Below are positions 12,613-21,739 of a DNA stretch of 64,000 nucleotides, piece by piece; position 1 is the first letter of the stretch; each line of letters starts with the position of its first letter. The stretch spans positions 177,890 through 241,889 of the forward strand of contig MU058717.1 of assembly GCA_013265495.1 (NCBI GenBank). Reading direction: 5' to 3'. Under the pieces are notes generated by a model. It saw only the letters and a list, made by a program, of their open reading frames with translations. It was not told the origin of the DNA and made no database searches. The position numbers and the translations under genes are program-made. The DNA is from Vicugna vicugna (Eukaryota).

Positions 12613-12983
12613 TGTAACGGAAACGACAAGCCAGCCAAGAAACAAGCACCACTCGGAGGGTTGGAGTACTCAGATTTATTACGCCGGCGGGCTCAGAGGG
12701 GCTTCTGCTCTGGAGCTCTGAGCACCTTCAAGACATGTATGTGAGGTTTTATAGGGTGAATTACAAGCTTGGGATTTTTAGCCAATAGGGCGCAAACAGC
12801 TCAGCAATATCACAAAAGGGAAGCAGGGACTCAGTAAACTAGAACTTTTCTAATAAGAACAGATCAGTTACCAACACTAATTAAACATAGATTTACGAGT
12901 TAGCCCAGCAGAACTCAGATCAGTAACCCGACACTTGTTAAACTTAGATTTACCAGTAGGCCCAGCCCGGCTTTTCCTTCTCA
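12613..12983 (-). mobile_element. ERV 3' LTR
   Basis: TGAGAAGG...TTACA on - strand with CCAAT, TATA and AATAAA; preceded by degenerate PPT AAGCGGAGGGAA. Confidence 0.93.
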
Positions 12984-13612
12984 TTCCCTCCGCTTGATGC
13001 TTTCACAGCCCTCGTTGGAGTAAGCCTCATCACTCATCTGTTGCAGGGGCTCATAATTGGAGGCTAACATCTGGAGTTTTATAGCCTCTATCTGCTCACT
13101 GGCAAAGCGGCTCCAGAAATTTAAGAGACAGGGCCCAAATAGCAGAACTGCAAAAATCGGGAGCAGGGGACTTATGAATGGTGCCGCCAGGAGGTCCAGC
13201 CCCAGGGACCCATCCACGGGCCCTTGTCTAAAATATGTTTTCTTTTTTCCACTCGATAATGTAACTCTTGGACCATCCCTCTGACAATTTCTGATTGATT
13301 AGCATAAAAACAGTACTCTTCGTTAAGGAAGAGGCACAGTCCCCCCTCTCTGGCTGTGAGTAGGTCTAGACCCCTCCTGTTCTGTAAGACCACCTCGGCC
13401 AGAGTGTCAATCTGATTTTGCAGAGCTCCCAGGGTTTTTACTATTCGTTGGAGATCCTGGCTGAACTCACCTGTAAGCTGATAATAGTAATAAGAGGATG
13501 AGGCTGTGCCACCGATTCCTGTGCCCACCCCTGATGCCACTCCGAGCCCCACTAGCAAGAGGAGTGAGGGCATTAGTGCCAGTAATATCAGCCTTATGAT
13601 TATCTTAGACAT
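12981..13612 (-). pseudogene. ERV env remnant (TM subunit; SU deleted)
   Basis: Fusion-peptide-like LLVGLGVASGVGTGIGG, immunosuppressive domain LQNRRGLDLLTAREGGLC, CX6CC degenerate to CLFLNEEYC; membrane anchor lies in a different frame. Confidence 0.9.
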
Positions 13613-13799
13613 GATGCTGCGGTGATGGCAATAGTTATAACAAGATATAAAATAGCTATCAGGATCTTATGGCCTGTATTTCAGTCGGGCGGGGCGGTGC
13701 TGGCCAGCCCCACTGCCAATAAGCAGGCTAGTACAGCAAACAAAGAAAGAGGCAAGGGAGCACAAGAGGAATACATTTAACAGTTTTGTTGAGTTTTCC

Positions 13800-15921
13800 T
13801 CAAGCTTTGGCTGTGTGTTGGCTAGCCAGCTTCCGGGTGTGGCTAGAGCAGGGCTCGTCGATCTTCCTCTGGTCCCTTTTGATCTTGATCTTCAGTGGGT
13901 CTCCTGGGATGCTCTCAATTCTCCAGGGACCCTCTGTCTGAGGTGAAGTTGCTCTCTTAACCCTGGAGTGGTGGATCTAAGCGATGATTCCTGCAACTGT
14001 AACAGCTATAGGGGTTGTTAATACCACTAAATATGGTCCCCTCCATGTTGGTTTGAGAGGTTCCTTTTTCAAATCATTCACCCATACTTGGTCGCCTGGC
14101 TTATGGGGATGTACCTGGACTCCTAACGAAGTGGGGGTTCTCTCCATTACCCAACCCCAAACTTTCTGTAATACTTGTCCTAGTCCCAACAGTTGTTGGT
14201 GGAGCCTTAAATTTCCTGTTTCCGGGGTGGGATTTCCCATCTTGACTAAAGGTGGCGGTTGTCCATAGGGAGAGTACCCAGTGTTAAATCTTGGGGTGCA
14301 TCTAATCCACAACAGAGCCATGGGTAGTATGTCCACCCAGGGAAGCTGGGTTTCTTGGCTGATTTTAGCTATCATTTGTTTTAGAGTTCTGTTCATTCGT
14401 TCTACCTTCCCTGAGCTTTGAGGCCGGGATGCTGTGTGTAGGTTCCAGCGGATGCTCAGTGTCTTTGCCACTTGCTGTACAGTCTCTGCCACGAAGGCGG
14501 GTCTGTTGTCAGACCCGATGGAGGTAGGCATTCCAAGCTGAGCGATGACACCCCTGAGGAGAGCCTTTGTTACCTCCCTTGCTTTCTCTGTCCTGGTGGG
14601 GTAGGCTTCCACCCACCCTGTGAAGGTGCAGACGAAAACCAGCAGGTACTTATATTCCTTACTGGGCCCAAGTTCAGTAAAGTCTACTTCTAAATCTTCG
14701 AAGGGAGTCAATCCGCATCATTATACTCCCGTTGGCCCAGTGGGCCCTTGTCTTGGATTGTTTTGAGCACAGAGTAAATAGTGTTGGGAGACTGATGCGC
14801 ACAATGTAGGGGGATGAGAAATCAGGAAATATTGCTTTAGAAGGGCCTCCAAAGCCGTTTTTACCATATGTGTGCCTCCGTGTTGTTGCTGGACTATGCG
14901 ATAAGCTAGTTGTTCCAGGATGAAAACCCTTCCATCCATCATGATCCACCATCCGTCCTTTTCTTTCTTCCCTTGTTCAGCCTGTGCCCACTTGTTTTCA
15001 TCATGGCTATATTCTGGGGCAGTGGGGAGCTCTGGCGCTGCCATAATTTTAATTACTGGGTGTTCCCAGGTGGCTGCCTCTCTTGCCTTTTGATCAGCCA
15101 GCCTGTTCCCCTGGCTCACAGGGTCATTTTCTTTTTGGTGTCCCTTACAGTGAATAACGACCACTTCCTTTGGATCCCATACTGCCTCCCATAACTGTAG
15201 AATTTCTTCTTTGTTCTTGATTTTCTTTCCCCCAGTAATAAAGAGTCCTCTCTCCTTATAGATGGCTCCATGTACATGCAAGGTTGCAAATGCGTATTTG
15301 GAATCGGTATATATATTGACTCACTTTTTTTTCCCTTCCCTTAGTGCCTGGACCAGTGCCCAAATCTCTGCTCGCTGAGCAGCCCACCCTGGGGGAAGGG
15401 ACTCTGCCTTTACCACCTCTCGGGTTGTTGTTATAACGTAACCTGCTCGCCGTTGTCCATCCTGCACGTAACTGCTGCCGTCTGTGAAGACTTCCAGGTC
15501 TGGGTTTTGCAGGGGCTTGTCGGTTAGATCAGGCCTACTCACATACACTTCTTCAATGATTTCCTCACAGTTGTGATCAGGCTGCCCTTCCCCTTTAGGT
15601 AAATATGTGGCTGGGTTTAAGGTTCGCACAGTCTCTAGATGGACACTTGGATTTTCACATAGGAGCCCCTGGTAGTGGGTCATCCTTGTGTTAGTTATCC
15701 ATTTGTAACCTGGGCCTTTCACCAGGGCCATCACGGAGTGGGGTACTTTTACATTTAAAGTCTGTCCCAGCATGAGTTTGCCTGCCTTGTTGACTGGGGG
15801 GCTGTGGCTGTGAGGGCCTCTAGACAGGGTGGCCATCCTGATGCCACAGGGTCCAGTCTTTTAAACAAATAGGCCACAGGGCGCTGCCATGGCCCCACAT
15901 TCTGAATCAGGACTCCGAGAG
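13800..15921 (-). pseudogene. ERV pol remnant (RT tether, RNase H, integrase)
   Basis: [21 protein letters not shown] (RNase H), HCKGHQK, HHCC region, LEVDFTE..GSDNRPAF..SGKVERMN (integrase core), GPY motif; stops and frameshifts. Confidence 0.92.
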
Positions 15922-17275
15922 AAGGTCCCAGTCTGGCCTGGTGTCAGGGGCCCATGTCATGGCCCACCCCTCAACATCCAGTGTGTCCCTGGGGGCTTGG
16001 CCCTGCAGCCATTTTCATGCTTCAGTGAGAATGTGTCTCTTCTCCTCCGTATTGAAAAGAGTCAGAAGCAGCTGGTGAACATCTCCTCAGGTGAGCGGGT
16101 GAGAATGAGAGACAGGCTCTATGAGGTCAATCAGAGCCTGCGGTTTGACAGCCTGATTACAGTCGTCACTCACCGCCAAGTAGAAATCATCGTGGGCTGG
16201 ACAGAGACCAAATATTGGCATGTCTTCGTGACAGAGCTCCATGACTGTCCCAGCAACGCTTCGGGCCTGGGCAGGGGCCGGCCATCCCCGACAGTTGCCA
16301 TTGCAGCGGCGGCGGCGGCGGCCGAGGTGGAGGTGGTGCCGGGGCTGCAGAGGCTGCCCTGCCTGCTGCCACCACTCGGCGTGGCTCTCCGTGACATCAT
16401 CCGCGGTCCTCTCCGACATTCTTTCTGCTCCTTTTCTTTGGAGGGCAGGCCAAAAATCCTGACTGGCTTACCAGTGGCTCTTCATCTGCTATTATTATGG
16501 AAACTCTTTTTCTTAATTTTGTTCAGACCATAATGTGATTGAAATGCCTACGGTTTTTCAGAGTATGAGGGAATATGATGGCACCAATTGAGAAGGTCCA
16601 TAGTGTTAAAGGGTTGGTAGCAGAGTATGGGGTGCCTGGGCTGAACAGTCCCATCTTCCCCAACTTGCTGTGGCCCATGTGTCTCCCGCAGCGGCATTTG
16701 GAGGGCCGGCGATGCTGGTCTCCGGGTTTGTGCTGAGCGGAGTCTCCTTCCTACTGGCTCAGGCCGGGGGCTGGGCTCTGCCTCTGGGTCCTCAGGTTGG
16801 GGAGGTGGTGACACGGAGGGTGGCAGTGTCTCCAGTGGGACAAGAGGTGTCAGTGCCCCAGAGGCATACAGAGGGGGCAGGCACATCTCTTTTGTGTCTC
16901 CCTGGAAAATGGGCTTTTCTCTGTCTTTTTGGCCTGGACCAGCTGAGCTGCTAATATCTTGCATTGTCCAGGTCCATTTGAGCAGAACCGAATCCATGGG
17001 GGTAGAATCTGGGCGATATTCCGCCAGGAGTCAATGTTCGGGAATCGATCTGAGTGGCCTAGGGTTCCAGTGATTATTTGATAGACTCCTCGCACTGTTG
17101 CTAATTCCAGAGTTCCTCCAGAGGGCCATCTGACTCCAAAGGTCGGCCATTGAACCTCACACAAAGTACGGAGTCTGCCAGGGGGCATGTAAACTCCATA
17201 GTCTCCTGAGAACCCCTTTTTGAAATTCTTAATCATGCAGTGCAGAACTGTCGGCTTTGACTTAGAGGCTCCCAT
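15922..17275 (-). pseudogene. ERV gag remnant (MA, p12-like, N-terminal CA), interrupted by the ATXN7-derived insert
   Basis: MGASKSK myristoylation start, LCEVQWPTFGVRWPSGGT, QMPLRE, YQPFNTMDLLNW..PSYSEKP; resumes as QALIDL...LLLTLFNTEEK...RPDWD. Confidence 0.9.
16136..16556 (-). pseudogene. ATXN7: Processed, circularly permuted ataxin-7 fragment embedded in ERV gag (includes the flanking 11-nt repeats)
   Basis: Translates to [74 protein letters not shown] and, 5' of these, KP*AFQSHY; all match the ataxin-7 N-terminus as recalled. Confidence 0.92.
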
Positions 17276-18495
17276 TATTATTAGTTGACAGATTTTATGG
17301 CCTATAGGTGTGGGTCTGCTCCTGGCACCGAGGACTGTGACCCCAGTACCTCTGTTTTTTTTTTATTCCCACTCCTCAAAACAGTGGAGTTCTCAAAACC
17401 CCCACTGCCTCGCTGGGCCTAATATCTATCTCCTTGGCTGTAAGTGCTGCCAATGAGTTAGGTTCCATGACAGGCAGGTGTCCCTGAGGCTCTCCTGGGC
17501 CTGGATGAGCTCTAGGGGTCCCTGCACAAAGCCTTTTTTTATAGCCGAAGTTGACAAAATATGAGGCCCGATGGCTGGGCGGTGGCAGAATAAATGAACC
17601 AAAAAAGGGGACCTCAAAAGAGGGTTCCAGCCAGTCCTGGGGAGGCTCGCTCTGGCTCAGGCTTTATTTTAGACAGAGGGGTAGTATTGAGGCTGATTTA
17701 TTAACTGTGACAGGATATTCCAGGGGACTGGTGGCAAGGTCGCGTCTGAAAGTTTTTAAAGTAGTTTCCTTTTAGTCTCCAAGGGCACAGGGGTTGTTTA
17801 CTTATACGCTGTTCTATGTCCCTTTCCCTCCCTGTGTAGCCACCCTGTGCCGGTGTCACAGACAAGACAAGGGAGGGTTTCACTGCGTCCGCCTGGCCGC
17901 TCCCCTCGTGGGGACGAAGGTGCCTCTTAGCTTTGGTGGGTCAGTATAAACCGCTGATTCCGATCGATACCCCAAGGGGTTGATAACCGCCCTGAGCCGG
18001 ACGAGGTCACCCACAGAACCGCAGGTTGGGACTCCCTCGAACTCCATAGTGGAATGCCGTGGAGCTACAAACTCAAGTCTGATCGCATGCTTCAGGCCAC
18101 ACATTCACTCACACAAACGTACAGAGGCTATTTGCACATTCCCCTCCTTATCACCGGGGCATCCCTAATCTAACCTAATCTAACCTGATCTCACCATCTG
18201 GAATACCGTCAAGGAGAAGCTTGCAGGAGGGGATCAGCCTCCTCTTCTGTCCATTGGGACAGAGTCTGATTACTCCCTGGGGGTTCTACCTTGTCCGGAC
18301 AGCCACCTGGTAAATCTGTCCGTCCCTCCACTGAGTCTGGCTCTGATTGTAGCCCAGCCACGCGGGGGTGCAGAGTCACCATCAGGAAGGAGAACCCGGA
18401 ATACAGTCGGGCGGCAGCACCTCATTCATTATTGGAGTCTCATCCCCTGATCAGCCGGAGCCACCAGTCCAGCGGCTGAAGGGCAGCGTGGTTGA

Positions 18496-18513
18496 ATCTC
18501 GCTGGGGTCTCCA
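18496..18513 (-). promoter_or_regulatory. Primer-binding site, tRNA-Thr
   Basis: TGGAGACCCCAGCGAGAT 4 nt from the 5' LTR end; complementary with 1 mismatch to the tRNA-Thr 3' end ATCTCGCTGGGGCCTCCA. Confidence 0.8.
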
Positions 18514-18517
18514 GAAA

Positions 18518-18882
18518 TATAAAGGAAATGACAGGCCAGCCAAGAAACAAGCACCAGTCGGAGGGTTGGAGTACTCAGATTTATTACGCAGGCGGGCTCA
18601 GAGGGGCTTCTGCTCCCGAGCTCTGAGCACCTTCAAGACATGTGTGTGAGGTTTTATAGGGTGAATTACAAGCTTGGGACTTTTAGCCAATAGGGTGCAA
18701 ACAGCTCAGCAATATCACAAAAGGGAAGCAGGGAATCAGTAAACTAGAACTTTTCTAATAAGAGCAGATCAGTTACTAATTAAACATAGATTTACGAGTT
18801 AGCCCAACAGAACTCAGATCAGTAATCTTACACTTGTAAAACTTAGATTTACCAGTAGGCCCAGCCCAGCTTTTCCTTCACA
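18518..18882 (-). mobile_element. ERV 5' LTR
   Basis: Direct repeat of 12613-12983, followed by the PBS. Confidence 0.93.
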
Positions 18883-20980
18883 CAACGTGTGCTAACAACA
18901 CCATCTCTAGGCAGATTTCCACCCTCTGGTTTATGCTTTTCCCTGTAATCCTTAAACAGGCCCATAAAACAGTTATCACGATGCCCCTTTCAAGGAAGTA
19001 GAAGATGTACATCCCAAAAGTGAGGTGCTGCTCCAGATCACATAGACAAGAGGGAGCCAATCCCTGATTTGGATCTAAATGTATTTGATTTTAAAGCCTC
19101 TGCCTTTTTTACACTTTATGCACAATCAAAAATACATGAATATAACTAGCACAGAGCCTAGCATCTCAAAAAAGCTAAAGATCTATTCATGCCACGGGCT
19201 GTATGAAACTTTCTCCTCCATGCGTGTGCCCCACCCAGTCCCCTTGGCCTCAGACTAATCCTCATTCCTGTCAGAAAGAGCCAACCACAGGGGAGCCCAC
19301 GAGGGCTAGGGATGGGTGAGGCTGGGAAGGTTCCTGGTTTGGGGAGCTGGGTCGATCCCAGAAGAGAGCTGTGGGCAGCAGTGCCTGAGGCTGCATGTCC
19401 AGTAGCCAGCTGGTTCCACAGGCTAAAACTGGCTGCTGCTTGAAGTGTCCTCTGCGTGCCCTAGACTGAGTCCCAGGAGACCGCCCTGTGCTGGGCTCCC
19501 ACCTGGCTCCTGCCTCATTCCCATTGACAGTTCTTTGTGCTCAGAGTAACAGCCCTGGCCCCTCCCAGTGAGGACAGTCACCAGTCCCCAAGCTGGACAT
19601 GGGAAGTGGGGGGAAGGCATTCTCCACCTCTTTTCCTTGGATCCATCTGTGGGCACAGTGGCTGGATGTACCTCGTCACCAACTCCTTCCCACTCACCAA
19701 TGACTCACCTACTCCCACTTCCAGTGCTCACTGCCCCCAGTCCCCTGCTGGGGATTACAGATCTCCTGGGACTTACAGAACTCAGATTTTGGAGCAGGAA
19801 GGCACTTCTTGCTGGAAAACCGTGTTTTGGCATTTACCAGGCTGGACTTTAAAGCTTCGTGTATACTTACAGTCTCCTTTGTAACAGTAGAGAACGTTTA
19901 TCGACCACTCACAGGACTTCGTAGGTGACAAGGAAGTGATTCATTCAAGGTCCCTCAGCTGAGAGGTGGTGGAGGTGGGAGTCAACCCAGACCTTGTCAC
20001 CCCAAGGCCAGTGCCAGAGGACTCCCTTAATTACTTTCTCTGCATCAACTATGTGCTCTACCTTTGTCATGAAGAGGCACCCAGGAGAAATGTAGGATGG
20101 AGCAGAAAAAACCAGGGCTTGGAGGGATGGAGATCTGGGATCAAACCTTCTCTCCACAGCTTCTCATGGGACCTTGGGTGGGAGGGTCTTAACCTCTGCA
20201 CATCCACTCATTGTCATACACAGCTGGTGACAATATCTTTCCGTTCATCGGGAAGATCCATGACTCCACGAGACATTGAACCCAGAGCCTGCACCCAGTC
20301 AGTCAGCCCCAGGAGAGCACTGGTGTGGAAAGGAGAGGTGGGGAGAAACACACTTCCCAGATGGCTCGAGATGTTAACATGTGTTTCACCTCTGGCCTCG
20401 GTTTATTGGATCCAGTGGGTTCATTTATAAATAACACCTGCTTCCCGTAGCTCCTACCACGTGCTCTGTGCCACTACACCCCATCTCCACCTTTCATCAC
20501 TCGGGAAGGATCTGCGCTCTGACCTGGCTGACCCCAAATCTAACCGCTAAATCTGCGGGCTCCTCCCTGTGGGTCCTACACTTTCCTGTCCTTTACCGGC
20601 CGTGGGCATTATGAGGAGACCCCAGGGTGTTGGAATGGAAACCCAGGAGTCCTGGGACTCGCCCTTGGCCTCCTGCTGCCCTGCCCTCAGGCCCCAGGAG
20701 GGAGGTGGGGCCGGAGGAGCGGACAAGGGTCCAGCTGCAGCTGGTCGAGCTGCACCCAGCCAGGAAGCAGCTTAGGTTCCTGGTTCCCATTGGGGCCAGA
20801 ACGACACCTGATCCCGGGGGATTGTGAAATGGCAGGAGGTGGCAGCCCGCCCGCCTGCTTGCCCGCTGAGCCCTCCAGCTGCGCCTGTTGGGCCCCGCCC
20901 CTCCCCCACGCCCCTCAGGCGTGCGGTTAAATCCCCCCATCCGGGCGGCGCCTCACTCCCGCACCGCCCCGGCCAGCAGC

Positions 20981-21056
20981 ATGCCTACCCGCCGCCTCGG
21001 TCTGCTCGCCGCCGCCCTCCTCCTTGGCCTGCTGCTGGGCCTCCCCCCGGTCACAG
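20981..21056 (+). CDS. WFDC2: WFDC2 (HE4) exon 1, signal peptide
   Basis: MPTRRLGLLAAALLLGLLLGLPPVT, donor ag|gtgag. Confidence 0.92.
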
Positions 21057-21589
21057 GTGAGGCGCAGGGAGAGGCCTGACGCCCAGAGGGGCCGAACCAG
21101 GAGCCTCTCTGGGAACTGAGAAGTGAGGCTTCCCACGGAGAGGGGCGGAAAAGAGCAGTCCCATGAAGACTAAAATGTGACGACCCCTGGTGCCTAAGGT
21201 GATGATCCTTGAAGTTTAGGGTGTGGGGTCCGATGTGCTGGAGGTGGGGAGACCACTGAAGGCTGACATTGCGAGGGGTGGCTCTTTGCAGAATGTGGAG
21301 AGTCAGTGGCCAGAGTGGGGACCCTCTGCCTCGTCATCGGAAGCTCCTAGACGCTCAGCTGTGCGGGGGTCTCCCCAGGATTGAGGCCTCAGCGGCCAAG
21401 GGTTTGGCCCTCCCGGCCTCGCAGATGTCAGGGACCCCAGCCCTGGAGGTGGGGCTCTCTCAAGGCTGCAGGGGGCGCCCAGGGCCAGAGACTGCGAATT
21501 CCTGGGAGACTGAGATTGGGGGCCCTTGGACAGGAGGTAGGCATCCTCTGGAGGCGGGACTGGATACCCACTGACCGGCCACCTCCCAG

Positions 21590-21739
21590 GCGCAGGCGCA
21601 GGCGCGGAGAAAAGAGGCGTGTGCCCCGCGCTAGAGGCGGACGTGAACTGTACGAAGGAGTGCCTGTCGGATGCGGAATGCGCCGACAACCTCAAGTGCT
21701 GCCCGGCCGGCTGCGCTGCCGTCTGCCAGATGCCCAATG
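21590..21739 (+). CDS. WFDC2: WFDC2 exon 2, WAP domain 1
   Basis: [44 protein letters not shown], 8 Cys, NCT sequon, phase 1-1. Confidence 0.95.

Larger units (their letters stand above)
12613..18882 (-). mobile_element. Class I (gammaretrovirus-like) ERV provirus, internally deleted and non-autonomous
   Basis: Two ~370-bp LTRs (about 20 substitutions plus a 6-bp indel by manual count), PBS, gag/pol/env remnants, polypurine tract before the 3' LTR. Confidence 0.95.

Noticed and set aside
15889..16533. 214-aa + strand ORF with a poly-Ala run
   Set aside because: Antisense shadow of the GC-rich gag/ATXN7 sequence; no recognisable domain
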